From assembly GCA_963719315.1 (NCBI GenBank), contig CAVRBU010000002.1, positions 1,120,001-1,184,000 on the forward strand: 64,000 nt of DNA, written 5' to 3'. Each line of letters begins with the position of its first letter. Position 1 is the first letter of the stretch. This stretch comes from an uncultured Planctomycetota bacterium. GTDB taxonomy: Bacteria; Planctomycetota; Planctomycetia; Pirellulales; Lacipirellulaceae. The notes beneath the pieces were generated by a model. The model did no database searches. It was not told the origin of the DNA and saw nothing but the letters and a program-made list of their open reading frames with translations. Positions 51,305 to 61,987 of this stretch are shown in pieces. Both the position numbers and the translations under genes were made by a program.

Positions 51305-54300
51305 ATGTTCAACCCCGTCGAAGGCAATGTGAATTTTCCAGAGCAGGAGTTGGCCATCGGACGGTTCTGGAAAGACCACCGCATCTACGAGAAGTCGCTA
51401 GAGCAACGCGCAGGCGCGCCGCCATTCGTCTTCTACGAAGGCCCACCGACGGCCAACGGCATGCCCCACCCCGGCCACTGCCTCACGCGGGCCATCAAAG
51501 ACCTCTTCCCCCGCTACCGCACGATGCGCGGCTATCGCTGCGAACGCAAAGCCGGCTGGGACACCCACGGCCTGCCCGTCGAAGTCGAAGTCTGCAAAGA
51601 ACTCGGCATCCACTCCAAAGAAGAGATCGAAAACTACGGCATCGAGCCGTTCATCCAAAAGTGCCAACAAAGCGTCTGGCGTTACATGCAGGAATGGGAG
51701 CGCATCACCGAACGCATCGGCTTCTGGGTCGATCTAAAGAACGCCTACGCGACGTATCACCAAAGCTATGTTGAAAGTGTCTGGTGGTCCCTAAAAAACC
51801 TGTTCGACCGCGGCTTACTATACCAAGGCCACAAAATCGTCTGGTGGTGGGCCCAAGGCGGCACAGCGCTATCGGCCGGTGAAGTCGGCCTCGGTTATCG
51901 ACAAGTCGCCGATCCGAGTGTGTATGTGAAATTTCCAATCGTTCCAAACGAATTCGCCCAGAAGTTTGGAATAGACAAGGATACAAGCCTGCTTGTTTGG
52001 ACAACAACACCGTGGACATTAGTAAGCAATCAGTTTGCAGCCGTGAATCCCTCTCTGCAATATGCAACTATAGTAGATTCGGAAAATGGATCGAAATTCA
52101 TACTGGCGGCTGATTTGATTGATTCCATCAGTAAAAAACTGAATCGAGAGTTCCTCGTCGAGTCGACTTACAACGGCGCCAAGCTGCTAGGCTTCAGGTA
52201 CTCTCCCTCATTTAATCGCTACCAAAGTAAGTATGGACATCTAACAGCGGGCATCGATCGTGAACACGGCAATATATCCTGGATCGTCGTAGCAGCTCCG
52301 TTCGTAACGACGGAAAGCGGAACGGGAATCGTTCATATAGCACCTGCTTTTGGCGAAGATGACTACGAAACTCTTCAGCAACACTATAACTTCTTCCCAG
52401 AGTTGAAAGAGGTTCCGCTTTTAAATGCCGTCGCCCCCGACGGCAAATTCACCGAAGAAGCCCCCGAATACTGCCGCGGGCGCTGGGTCAAAGACTGCGA
52501 CAAAGACATCATCCGCGACCTAAAACAGCGCGGCCTGCTATTCCATCAAGAACAATACCTCCACGACTACCCATTCTGCTGGCGGGCCGAACAGGATCCG
52601 CTCATCCAATACCCGCGCCAAAGTTGGTTCATCCGCACAAGCGACTTCAAAGTCGAAATGCTCGCCAACAACGCCAAAATCAATTGGCTGCCCGAGCACA
52701 TCAAAGACGGACGCTTCGGCAAGTTCCTCGAAACGAACGTCGACTGGGCCCTCTCGCGCGAACGCTACTGGGGCACGCCGCTCCCGATTTGGAAGTGCGA
52801 AGAAACCGGTCAAATGGAAGCATTTGGCAGCTACGACGAACTCCTTGCGAAACCCGGCCTACGCGGTACTGAGTACTGGGCACAAGCCAAGGCCGCAAAT
52901 CCAGAACTGCCCGACGACCTCAAAGTCCACAAACCGTACATCGACCACATTGAATACGACTCGCCGTTCGCCAAGGGCGCTCGCATGCGCCGCGTCACCG
53001 AGGTGATCGACTGTTGGTACGACTCCGGCGCGATGCCCTTCGCGCAATGGGGCTACCCCATCGCGCCCAACAGCGACCAACAATTCGAATCGCAATTCCC
53101 AGCCGACTTCATCAGCGAAGCCATCGACCAAACCCGCGGCTGGTTCTACAGCCAACTCGCCATCAGCACGCTGATGTTTGGAGAGGAGCGAGAGGACTTA
53201 GCTCGCTCCTCGCTCCTCGCTCCTCGCCCCTACCCTCATCCCTTCCGCAACTGCATCGTCCTCGGCCACATGCTCGGCGAAGACGGCCAGAAGATGTCGA
53301 AGAGCAAGCGGAACTACCGCGAGCCCACCGAAATCTTCGACCGCTACGGCGCCGATGCCCTCCGCTGGTACTTCTTCGCCAACCAACCGCCGTGGACCTC
53401 GATCCGCTACAACGAACAATCCATCAAAGACAGCATTCCCGAGTTCCTACTCCGCCTCTGGAACGTCTACAGCTTCTTCGTGATCTACGCCAACATCGAT
53501 GGCTTCGACCCAGCGGAAGAGATGCGACGAGCGAGGAGCGAGGAGCTTGGCGACTCGCTAACCGGCAAAGGCCCAGGCCTGGATCTTGTTATCGAAAAGT
53601 TCCCCGGAGAATTTGAGCCTTACTCCTCGCTCCTCGATCCTCGATCCTTCGCCTCTGCCCCCTCCTACTGCCCGCTCGCCAAGCGCAGCGAGCTCGACCG
53701 CTGGATCCTCAGCGAACTCAACCGCACCTGCGCAGCCGTCGTCGAGCGGATGGACGCCTACGACAATTTCGGCGCATGCCAACATATTACGGAATTCGTA
53801 GACGCGCTCTCGAATTGGTACGTCCGCCGCAGCCGCGACCGTTTCTGGGCGGCCGATAAGCGTAGCGTCGAAAAGCTCGATGCGTACTGGACGCTCTACG
53901 AAGCGCTCATCACGACCGCGAAGCTAGTTGCGCCCTTCGTGCCATTCATAGCCGAAGCGATGTGGCAAAACTTGAGTAGATGTCTGGTGTCGGGTGTTGC
54001 CGGCCAGTCAATCACTCCGACACCCGACGCCCGACACCCGGCACCTTCCGAAAGCGTCCATCTTTGCGACTTCCCACCGGGCGATCCCGCCATTGTCGAC
54101 GAGGCCCTTTCCGCGCGCATGAACCTCGTCCGCGAGATCGCCTCGCTCGGCCGCAACGCCCGCAATGCAGCGAACCTGAAAGTCCGCCAACCACTCGCGA
54201 AAGTCGAAGTCGTGCTCGCCGACACCACGCACCAACAGTGGCTGGAAGAGCACACGGCATTGATCGCCGACGAGCTCAACGTGAAGGCGGTCGAATTCAC

Positions 54301-54859
54301 GACGCACGGCGAAAAGTACATCTGCTACTCGGTCGTCCCGAATTTCAAGCGGCTCGGTCCGCGGCTCGGCAAGAATATGCCCGCCGCCAAGAAAGCGCTA
54401 AGCGAAATCGACGCCGCCAAGCTATTGGCCGACCTCAAATCGACCCGCAAGGCGAAGCTAATTCTTCCGGGCGCTGAAGCCATCGAACTTGATAACGAAG
54501 ACATCGAAGTCCGCCTCGCCGCCAAAGAAGGTTGGGCCGCCGCGCAAGGCAAAGGCTGCGTCGTCGTGCTGGCCACCGACTTGACACCGGAGTTAGTCGC
54601 CGAAGGATTCGCCCGCGACGTCGTGCGACTCATCCAGGACCGCCGCAAGGACATCGGCTGCGAATACACAGACCGCATTGAAATCGGTCTCGTCACAAGT
54701 TCCGCCGAACTGGCGATGGCGATCCAACAATTCCGCGATTACCTCGCCCAAGAAACGCTGGCAATCAAAATTGTCGATCAAGCGTTACCGGGAGTCGAAC
54801 CCGTAACAATTCAAGTTCTCGGACACGACCTCATGGCCTACGTGCGAGTCGTGAAATGA
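51305..54859 (+). CDS. ileS: Isoleucine--tRNA ligase, type 2 (eukaryote/archaea-like clade)
   Basis: [71 protein letters not shown]; long C-terminus without zinc finger. Confidence 0.97.
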   Translation: MFNPVEGNVNFPEQELAIGRFWKDHRIYEKSLEQRAGAPPFVFYEGPPTANGMPHPGHCLTRAIKDLFPRYRTMRGYRCERKAGWDTHGLPVEVEVCKELGIHSKEEIENYGIEPFIQKCQQSVWRYMQEWERITERIGFWVDLKNAYATYHQSYVESVWWSLKNLFDRGLLYQGHKIVWWWAQGGTALSAGEVGLGYRQVADPSVYVKFPIVPNEFAQKFGIDKDTSLLVWTTTPWTLVSNQFAAVNPSLQYATIVDSENGSKFILAADLIDSISKKLNREFLVESTYNGAKLLGFRYSPSFNRYQSKYGHLTAGIDREHGNISWIVVAAPFVTTESGTGIVHIAPAFGEDDYETLQQHYNFFPELKEVPLLNAVAPDGKFTEEAPEYCRGRWVKDCDKDIIRDLKQRGLLFHQEQYLHDYPFCWRAEQDPLIQYPRQSWFIRTSDFKVEMLANNAKINWLPEHIKDGRFGKFLETNVDWALSRERYWGTPLPIWKCEETGQMEAFGSYDELLAKPGLRGTEYWAQAKAANPELPDDLKVHKPYIDHIEYDSPFAKGARMRRVTEVIDCWYDSGAMPFAQWGYPIAPNSDQQFESQFPADFISEAIDQTRGWFYSQLAISTLMFGEEREDLARSSLLAPRPYPHPFRNCIVLGHMLGEDGQKMSKSKRNYREPTEIFDRYGADALRWYFFANQPPWTSIRYNEQSIKDSIPEFLLRLWNVYSFFVIYANIDGFDPAEEMRRARSEELGDSLTGKGPGLDLVIEKFPGEFEPYSSLLDPRSFASAPSYCPLAKRSELDRWILSELNRTCAAVVERMDAYDNFGACQHITEFVDALSNWYVRRSRDRFWAADKRSVEKLDAYWTLYEALITTAKLVAPFVPFIAEAMWQNLSRCLVSGVAGQSITPTPDARHPAPSESVHLCDFPPGDPAIVDEALSARMNLVREIASLGRNARNAANLKVRQPLAKVEVVLADTTHQQWLEEHTALIADELNVKAVEFTTHGEKYICYSVVPNFKRLGPRLGKNMPAAKKALSEIDAAKLLADLKSTRKAKLILPGAEAIELDNEDIEVRLAAKEGWAAAQGKGCVVVLATDLTPELVAEGFARDVVRLIQDRRKDIGCEYTDRIEIGLVTSSAELAMAIQQFRDYLAQETLAIKIVDQALPGVEPVTIQVLGHDLMAYVRVVK

Positions 54860-55545
54860 TCACCGAACCATCGCGACTCAAGTTGGCAGTGTTGATTTCC
54901 GGCAGCGGACGGACGCTGCAGAATCTCATCGAGCTGGCTGCCGACGACGAACTGCCGATCGACATCCGGCTGGTGATTTCGAGCACCGCAATGGCCGGCG
55001 GACTCAAGTTTGCGCAAGACGCAAATATTCCGGCGAGCGTTGTGCTGCGCCAAGACTTCGCAACCGGCGAGGACGGCGACCGCGCCTACGGCGATGCGGT
55101 ATTCGGCGCCTGCCGCGAGGCAGGTGTCGATTACGTCGCGATGGCGGGGTTCCTGAAGCTCGCGCCGGTGCCCGATGATTTTGCTGGCCGCGTCGTGAAC
55201 ATTCATCCCGCGCTTATCCCGGCATTTTGCGGGCCCGGCATGTACGGCGATCGCGTGCATCAAGCCGTGCTCGACGCCGGAGTCCGAGTCACCGGCTGCA
55301 CGGTGCACTTCGTGGATAACGAGTACGACCACGGGCCCATCATCTGGCAACAGCCTGTGCCGGTGTACGACGACGACACGGCCGACACACTCGCCAAGCG
55401 CGTGTTTGAAGTCGAGAAGGAAGCATTCCCGCACGTCCTGCGACTCCTGGCCGCCGGAAGAATCAAGCTCGAAAACGGCCGCGTGACGATTCTCAAAAGT
55501 CAGCGCGGCGAGCGCTCGCGGACGGGCGCGTACCCCATCGATTGA
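54856..55545 (+). CDS. purN: Phosphoribosylglycinamide formyltransferase
   Basis: [36 protein letters not shown]. Confidence 0.95.
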   Translation: MITEPSRLKLAVLISGSGRTLQNLIELAADDELPIDIRLVISSTAMAGGLKFAQDANIPASVVLRQDFATGEDGDRAYGDAVFGACREAGVDYVAMAGFLKLAPVPDDFAGRVVNIHPALIPAFCGPGMYGDRVHQAVLDAGVRVTGCTVHFVDNEYDHGPIIWQQPVPVYDDDTADTLAKRVFEVEKEAFPHVLRLLAAGRIKLENGRVTILKSQRGERSRTGAYPID

Positions 55546-56018
55546 TAGAAAGCGACAGCAGCCGACCAACCGGCGTGCGTTTCGAGTTGCACTTCCCGCC
55601 AACCGGCGTCCCACACTGCTTGCTCCAACCGCGACATGAGCGCCCGGCCGACGCCGCGACGGCGAAACGCAGGATCGACCAGTAGCCAATTCACAACGGG
55701 GACAACTCCAGCCGCACCCTCGCGCACCGCCAGAGTTACAGCGCCGACGACTCTTGGCGCCTCGTCCCCAGCGTCGCTTGTCATCGCCACCCAAGAGCGA
55801 TCGCTGCGCCACCAAACCTTGCCGAACATTTCACGCCGGAAGTCGGAGGCCGTCCACGGCCGGGCGGCAGGAATCTGTCCGCCCATCGCCCGCTCGCGAA
55901 GAGCTAGCCAGGCCGGCACGTCTTCCGGCACTTTCAGATGGCGCACGACAATTCCAAGCGCGTCGGCTGCGACTGGCGGATCGTCGAATTGTCTGCGAAA
56001 ATGAAGTATTGAAAGCAT
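55500..56018 (-). CDS. GNAT acetyltransferase
   Basis: [25 protein letters not shown]. Confidence 0.85.
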   Translation of the reverse strand: MLSILHFRRQFDDPPVAADALGIVVRHLKVPEDVPAWLALRERAMGGQIPAARPWTASDFRREMFGKVWWRSDRSWVAMTSDAGDEAPRVVGAVTLAVREGAAGVVPVVNWLLVDPAFRRRGVGRALMSRLEQAVWDAGWREVQLETHAGWSAAVAFYQSMGYAPVRERSPR

Positions 56019-56121
56019 TTGCCTACCACCCTTCCTAGCAGAAACTGATCGGAGGGATACAGAGAAACAGAATGTAGGTTTCTCTCCGTTCCCTCTGCTG
56101 CCTCCTGTTCAAGAAAGAGTC

Positions 56122-56889
56122 ATGTCCGACGTCAAAGAACTCAAAAAAGCCATCTGCAAGATCGGCGACCGAATTTACAAGCGCGGTTTTGCCGCGGCCA
56201 ACGACGGCAACATTAGCGTGCGGCTCAACGAGACGGAAGTTCTCTGCACGCCGACGATGCATTGTAAGGGCTTTTTGAAGCCCAAGGCTATTTGCCTCGT
56301 GGATATGGAGGGCAACCAACTCGCCGGCAAGAAAAAGCGGTCGAGCGAAGTGCTGCTGCACCTGGAAATCATGAAGGCCCGGCCCGACGTGCAGAGCGTC
56401 GTCCATTGCCATCCGCCCCACGCCACGGCGTTCGGAGTCGCGCACGAGCCAATCCCGCAAGCGGTGCTGCCGGAGGTGGAAGTCTTTCTGGGCGAGGTGC
56501 CGATCGCGCCCTACGAAACGCCCGGCGGCAAGATATTCGCCGAAACGATTCTGCCGTTCGTGAAGCAATCGAACGTGATCATCCTGGCAAATCACGGCAC
56601 CGTGAGCTACGGCGAATCGGTCGAGCGGGCCTTTTGGTGGACCGAGGTGCTCGACGCCTACTGCCGGATTTTGATCCTCGCGCGGCAATTGGGCCCGATC
56701 CAATATCTGTCGCCGCAAAAGACGCAGGAGCTACTCGACCTCAAGGCCAAGTGGGGTTTCACCGATCCGCGATTGGCCGAAGGATTTGCGGGCGACATTC
56801 GCGACAACGCCACGTTTCGCCACACGTGGGCCGCGAGTGGCGTGGTGCCGCGAGCGTTCGCGCCGCCAGGCGCGAATGGCGATGCCTAG
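56122..56889 (+). CDS. Class II aldolase/adducin family (fuculose/rhamnulose-phosphate aldolase-like)
   Basis: NDGNIS, SSEVLLH, VVHCHPPHATA, LANHGTV. Confidence 0.9.
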   Translation: MSDVKELKKAICKIGDRIYKRGFAAANDGNISVRLNETEVLCTPTMHCKGFLKPKAICLVDMEGNQLAGKKKRSSEVLLHLEIMKARPDVQSVVHCHPPHATAFGVAHEPIPQAVLPEVEVFLGEVPIAPYETPGGKIFAETILPFVKQSNVIILANHGTVSYGESVERAFWWTEVLDAYCRILILARQLGPIQYLSPQKTQELLDLKAKWGFTDPRLAEGFAGDIRDNATFRHTWAASGVVPRAFAPPGANGDA

Positions 56890-57982
56890 CGTTCGAGTGA
56901 TTGCAGCTTTGCTGCCGCGGCGTGTACGACCTAGTGGCGCTGTGCCATGCCATCCACCACAGTTGGACCATCGCGAATAAATTGAACAGCGCGTGAGCCA
57001 CAATGCTGGGCACAATCCGGTGCGTGCGATAGTACAGGTGCCCGAGAACGAGCGCCAGAAAAAATAATGGCACCGGCTCCGGCCCGTAACCCAAATGAGC
57101 CAGGCCGAACAGCAACGAGCTAATCGCAATCGGAATCCAACTGAACGGAAAGCCGGCAAAGCCGCGCGACGGGGGCGTTTCTATCGACTGCCGACCAACC
57201 TTGATCGACGAATCGAGCGGCTCCGCGTGTTCGTCATTGGCTAACTGGGCTTCATCGATCGATATTGCGAGTGCATCGGGAGCTTGAGTCTCCTCGCCCA
57301 CGGCGCTCTGGGTTGGCGGCGCCTCGCCGTAACCCATTTCCTCGCCTTCCCAGCGTTCGAGCCAACCCTGCAGCAGCAGGCGAAACGTGATCTCTTCGCA
57401 GATCGGAGCAACAATAACGGCGAAGAGCGATCCAAGCAGCATGACGGTAAGGTCGGGCTTGCCCTCGGCCAACATCTTTATCAGCGGGTGGCCCGACTTC
57501 ATTTCCGGCATGCCCAACCAGTACAAGAGCAGCGCCTGGATCAAAAGGACGGGCGCAAGCGCGGCCAAGCCCGCGATCGAACCAATGGCAAAGTCGTGCG
57601 CGAATTGCTGGGAGCTTGCGGGCAATCCCAGATCGCGACGATTAGCGTTGAAGTAAATTGCAATAAAGGTCAGAACTCCGCCGACAAGGAGCACTTCCGG
57701 CACCATGCCAGTAATGAGTTGCGTGGCGTGATTTGTCGCTTCCCCTTCGCCCTTGGGCTCCGGCATGGAGTAGCTGCTCAGAACCGACCAAACCGTTAGC
57801 CAAACCATCACGACGGCGAGTACGCAGCCAGCGGCGTTCCAAGGCACCGGGCTTCGTGGCTGGAATTGCAGCAACGAGCCTCGGCTTCGTACAGCAAGAA
57901 GGCACAAACAGGTCGCAATGCTGAGCAGCATCGTACCGCCAGCGATCGCAACCAGCACGGGATCAGGAAGCTGCTCGGGCAT
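56759..57982 (-). CDS. CPBP/CAAX intramembrane protease (3' end may really be near 56930)
   Basis: APICEEITFR, FGLAH, AHALFN; predicted tail overlaps the convergent aldolase by about 130 bp. Confidence 0.8.
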   Translation of the reverse strand: MPEQLPDPVLVAIAGGTMLLSIATCLCLLAVRSRGSLLQFQPRSPVPWNAAGCVLAVVMVWLTVWSVLSSYSMPEPKGEGEATNHATQLITGMVPEVLLVGGVLTFIAIYFNANRRDLGLPASSQQFAHDFAIGSIAGLAALAPVLLIQALLLYWLGMPEMKSGHPLIKMLAEGKPDLTVMLLGSLFAVIVAPICEEITFRLLLQGWLERWEGEEMGYGEAPPTQSAVGEETQAPDALAISIDEAQLANDEHAEPLDSSIKVGRQSIETPPSRGFAGFPFSWIPIAISSLLFGLAHLGYGPEPVPLFFLALVLGHLYYRTHRIVPSIVAHALFNLFAMVQLWWMAWHSATRSYTPRQQSCNHSNARHRHSRLAARTLAAPRHSRPTCGETWRCRECRPQILRPIADR

Positions 57983-58058
57983 GGTAAGGCGTCGGATCAG
58001 AATTTCTCAAAGATTGAAGCCCGCAGCGCAAGTAAGGGTTTTGACAACCAACCGCGCG

Positions 58059-58709
58059 CTACTTTCGCAACATCGCGAGTGCCCTCTGAACATACACCCA
58101 GCCGGAGTAAATTGTCATGCCGACGGCTGCCCACACGATCAGCCGCACCGACCAAGTCGTCCAACCAGGCGGCGTCACGGCCCACACGCCGCCCGCATAT
58201 CCGTAGTGCCACAGCCGCGCCAGGCTGGCCGCGACGGCCGCACACTGGATAACCATCTTCAACTTGCCCGACATCTTGGCGGAAAAGTCGGAGCCGCGCT
58301 CCTCGAAAAAACCGCGCAGGGCCGTAACGAGCAGTTCGCGGGCAATGACGATGACCGCCATCCAGGCCGCCACTTGGGACGCGGACTCTCCTGTGGCCAT
58401 CGGCGGCACGGCCGCCAAAAACGTGAACGTGCCACAAATGATGATCTTATCCGCAAACGGATCGAGTATGCGGCCGAGCTGCGTGACCTGGCCGTAGCGG
58501 CGGGCCCAAAAACCATCGACCCAATCGGTGCCCGCCGCAATCGCAAAGAATATCAGCGCCGGCAGATACCATTCGAAGACGAAGAATACGAAGCAAAAGA
58601 CGGAAAGCACGAGCCGCGCGATCGTCAGCACGTTGGGCACGTTCCAGATGACGTTCAGTGCCGATGAGCCATTTGTTGCAGATGAAGAGGCGGCGATTCC
58701 ATCGTCCAT
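58059..58709 (-). CDS. pgsA: CDP-diacylglycerol--glycerol-3-phosphate 3-phosphatidyltransferase
   Basis: NVPNVLTIAR, TDWVDGFWARRYGQVTQLGRILDPFADK, RELLVTALR, GKLKM. Confidence 0.93.
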   Translation of the reverse strand: MDDGIAASSSATNGSSALNVIWNVPNVLTIARLVLSVFCFVFFVFEWYLPALIFFAIAAGTDWVDGFWARRYGQVTQLGRILDPFADKIIICGTFTFLAAVPPMATGESASQVAAWMAVIVIARELLVTALRGFFEERGSDFSAKMSGKLKMVIQCAAVAASLARLWHYGYAGGVWAVTPPGWTTWSVRLIVWAAVGMTIYSGWVYVQRALAMLRK

Positions 58710-58726
58710 GAAATCAGTCCTTATAC

Positions 58727-60112
58727 TTAGCGCGGCTTGCCAATTGCCGCGGCAGCAAGATCGTACCCGCTGCGGGCAACGATCTCGCACGGCACCATTG
58801 CACCGACCGTCAACTTCTGGCCCGTGACGTACACTACGCCATCCACATCCGGCGCGTCGGCGTACGAGCGCCCGACCCAGGCCCCCTTTTGGTTCGGCAC
58901 GGCCGCGTCGATCAGCACTTCCAGTTGCCGGCCGACTTGAGCTTCGCACCATTCGAACGCCACTTGCTGCTGCACTTCCATCAACCGATCGCGGCGTTCG
59001 TTCTTGACTTCTTCCGGCAACTGATCCGGCAACCTGGCGGCCGGCGTATCGGGCTCGAAAGAATAGGTGAACACGCCAAGCCGTTGAAACCGCTGCTCGG
59101 CGATGAACTCGCGCAGCTCTTCGAATTCAGCCTCGGTTTCGCCGGGAAAGCCGGTGATGCACGTGGTCCGCAAAACCAGGTTCGGAATTCGCTCGCGCAG
59201 CTTCGTCAGTAATTGTTCGGTATCGGCACGGTTTACGCGACGCTGCATCCGCTTCAGCATCTTGTCGTTGATGTGCTGCAACGGCATGTCGATGTACGGC
59301 ACGATTCGCTTCGAGGCCGCGATCGTATCGATGACCTCATCCGTCACATACATCGGATAGAAGTACATCAGGCGTATCCAATCGAGCCCTTCGACTTGCT
59401 CCAATTCACGGAGCAACTCGGCCAGCCGCGGCTTGCCGTACAGGTCCATGCCGTAATACGTCGTGTCCTGGGCGACGATCACCAACTCGCGAACGCCGTC
59501 GGCCGCCAACTCGCGGGCTTCCGCGATGACTTCTTCCATCGGCTTCGTGTAGTGCTTGCCGCGCATTTTGGGAATCGCACAAAACGTGCACAGCCGATCG
59601 CAGCCTTCCGAGATTTTCAGAAACGCGAAGTGCCGCGGCGTGATTCGCATCCGAGCCGTATCGGGCAGCGGGTGCGACGGAGCGGGGTTGAAGACCATCC
59701 GCTGCTCTTCAAGGCCGCCCAACAACCGGTCCGCGACTTTTGTAACCTGCTCGCGGCCGAAGACGCCTACGAGGTGATCGATCTCCGGACGCGATTCCAG
59801 CAGCTCGCCGCGCTGCCGTTCGGCAAGGCAGCCGGATACGATTACGCCGCGAAGTTCGCCGCGGCGCTTGAGGTCGAGCATCTCGTCGATGGCGGCAAAC
59901 GATTCCGTGCGGGCCGCTTCGATGAAACCGCACGTGTTGACGACCGCGAAGTCGGCGCCGCGTGGATCGTTGACAAGCTCGTAGCCATCAAGCTGCAACA
60001 GCCCGAGCATTCGCTCGCTGTCGACAAGGTTCTTGGGGCAGCCGAGGCTGACGAACGCGTATTTGCCCTTCGAGGCGCCGCGCGAGAGTTTGTTGGTGAA
60101 AGTGTCTACCAC
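58727..60112 (-). CDS. rimO: Ribosomal protein S12 methylthiotransferase
   Basis: [26 protein letters not shown] radical SAM motif, DAPDVDG TRAM; start inferred. Confidence 0.95.
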   Translation of the reverse strand: MVDTFTNKLSRGASKGKYAFVSLGCPKNLVDSERMLGLLQLDGYELVNDPRGADFAVVNTCGFIEAARTESFAAIDEMLDLKRRGELRGVIVSGCLAERQRGELLESRPEIDHLVGVFGREQVTKVADRLLGGLEEQRMVFNPAPSHPLPDTARMRITPRHFAFLKISEGCDRLCTFCAIPKMRGKHYTKPMEEVIAEARELAADGVRELVIVAQDTTYYGMDLYGKPRLAELLRELEQVEGLDWIRLMYFYPMYVTDEVIDTIAASKRIVPYIDMPLQHINDKMLKRMQRRVNRADTEQLLTKLRERIPNLVLRTTCITGFPGETEAEFEELREFIAEQRFQRLGVFTYSFEPDTPAARLPDQLPEEVKNERRDRLMEVQQQVAFEWCEAQVGRQLEVLIDAAVPNQKGAWVGRSYADAPDVDGVVYVTGQKLTVGAMVPCEIVARSGYDLAAAAIGKPR

Positions 60113-60325
60113 GTGCAAAAAATGCGTACTGGGATCGGCGTCCGGGCGAAGCGAGCCGCGCACTAGCAATGGTGCGTGAGGGAACTCAGAGCCACTAATT
60201 CTAGCGGCCACGCGGCTGCCGGCCAATTGGCACGTGTTTTGGACGCCACATCGGTTGATTTTACCGTCTGGTACTGTACATTAGTATACATACGACCAAC
60301 TCTAACGCTTTATTCGAGTTGAACG

Positions 60326-61072
60326 ATGCTTTCTGAGATTCCAGACGACGAATTTGCGGCCGCGCTCGACGCCTGTGCGGCCGAAGTGCTGTGGGAGGCG
60401 GGTGTCATCGAGCCGCCGGTCGATGCTCTGGCCGTCGCGGAACGGTTGCAGCTTGTTGTCGCCCGCGATTTGGCGATGCCGCATCGTGGCCGGTTCGTGA
60501 GGTTGGCAGACCGCGATGGCAGCGGTGGTGGGCAAGGGACGATCGTCGTCGGGGAGGCCGAACGGCCCGAACGCGAACAATGGGCAGTGGCCCACGAAAT
60601 CGGCGAGAGCGTCGCCTACCGGGTATTCGACCGGCTGGGCGTGTCGTTTGATGAATCGTTGCCGACTGCGCGGGAGCAGGTTGCCAACCGCTTGGCCGGT
60701 GCATTGCTCTTGCCGCGGCGGTGGTTTGCGGCCGATGGTCTCGACCACGACTGGGATCTGCTCGAACTTAAGGAGCGATACAACACAGCCAGCCACGAAC
60801 TGATTGCGCGCCGTATGCTGGAAATGCGATCGCCAATCGTAATCACCGTCTGCGACCAGGGCCGCGTTCATTGGCGACGCAGCAACGCAACTGCTCGGCC
60901 GCCAGAGATGGTTACCGGCGAGCGCGATGTGTGGCAAGTCGCGCATCGCGCCGGCGTAACCGTTGACGAAATGCTGGACAGCGATACCGGTCTTGAGCGC
61001 GTCCGTTGTTGGCCGATCCACGAAGCGGGTTGGAAGCGCGAGATTCTGCGAAGCGAGATTGCGGAGAGTTAA
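60326..61072 (+). CDS. ImmA/IrrE family metallopeptidase-like protein
   Basis: EPPVDA, ERPEREQWAVAHEIGE, EQVANRLAGALLLP. Confidence 0.75.
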   Translation: MLSEIPDDEFAAALDACAAEVLWEAGVIEPPVDALAVAERLQLVVARDLAMPHRGRFVRLADRDGSGGGQGTIVVGEAERPEREQWAVAHEIGESVAYRVFDRLGVSFDESLPTAREQVANRLAGALLLPRRWFAADGLDHDWDLLELKERYNTASHELIARRMLEMRSPIVITVCDQGRVHWRRSNATARPPEMVTGERDVWQVAHRAGVTVDEMLDSDTGLERVRCWPIHEAGWKREILRSEIAES

Positions 61073-61167
61073 GCGCGTGCCTTTCTCCTCTCACATGATT
61101 GGAGCCCGCAGCGCAAGCACAATCCCTTACTCGCGCTGCGGGCTCCAATCCGATGTCGTTTAGACGA

Positions 61168-61956
61168 CTACGCGGCGCGGGCAATCCTCTTCCTCTCGAA
61201 GACTGATTGCAATGTCTCAACTAATTCGGCATTGATCCATGGCTTCCCGAGGACCACGGCGGCCCCAAGTTCCTGAGCCCAATCGGCACTGTCACGTCGA
61301 GGAAAGTCTAGAGTGGCGATAACCGGCGCCGCGCCGCGAGCAAGCTGACCGCAGAATCTCGAGAGGTCCTCGGCTTCGCAATCGTTCAACTGGCCACCGT
61401 CCCAGATGCCGACGGCAGCCCCCCGAATTGTATTGCTCGATCCGTTCTTGGATTGCCAGGCGGTTGCAAAGCCTGCGCGGTGCAACACGTCGGCGAGCGC
61501 ACTGGCCGCGTCGCGGTGCAGTGCACGTAGTATTACCAACCCGTGCCTAGGCGCTCCCACAATCGGATCGCGGGCTAGGGTGCGCAGTCGAGAATGCTCG
61601 GGGCGAGCCCAATCGGGGCAGCGACCGGCGGCGCGGAGCGCAAGTTGTCGCCGCCACCAAGCCGGGAATTCGTACCAGTAAAGTCTCTCGACGCCGGGCC
61701 ACGGGTGGCCCGTACGCGTTTCGCCTTCACACCAACTACCGACGAGCGCGACGATGCCCGCCAACGGCGCGGCGCGCCGCAATGCTTCGATGCGATTGGC
61801 GTGAATTGCTCCTGGACGGCTCTGTGCAATCACGATCAGCTCCGGAGATTTGACGGCCGTGTCGGCAATTTCGCCTTCGGCGAGCAACATACCGATCGCA
61901 TCGCGAAAGTCCGGATGACAAACGTCGCCGAGTAGTTGCACGATAGGCGGCTTCAT
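61168..61956 (-). CDS. Hypothetical protein with receiver-like C-terminus
   Basis: Long ORF with host codon usage; GSWCEGETRTG, LDFPR, AVVLGKPW. Confidence 0.6.
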   Translation of the reverse strand: MKPPIVQLLGDVCHPDFRDAIGMLLAEGEIADTAVKSPELIVIAQSRPGAIHANRIEALRRAAPLAGIVALVGSWCEGETRTGHPWPGVERLYWYEFPAWWRRQLALRAAGRCPDWARPEHSRLRTLARDPIVGAPRHGLVILRALHRDAASALADVLHRAGFATAWQSKNGSSNTIRGAAVGIWDGGQLNDCEAEDLSRFCGQLARGAAPVIATLDFPRRDSADWAQELGAAVVLGKPWINAELVETLQSVFERKRIARAA

Positions 61957-61987
61957 ATTCTGTTTCGTCCGAGGCATCTCGCGCCGC

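Noticed and set aside
51705..52067. Antisense ORF or intein explaining the AT-rich ileS patch
   Set aside because: The ORF only partly overlaps the patch and has no motifs; the patch encodes normal CP1 motifs with no intein termini
51915..52425. Diversity-generating retroelement target
   Set aside because: No template repeat or reverse transcriptase in the window, and conserved motifs are kept with synonymous recoding
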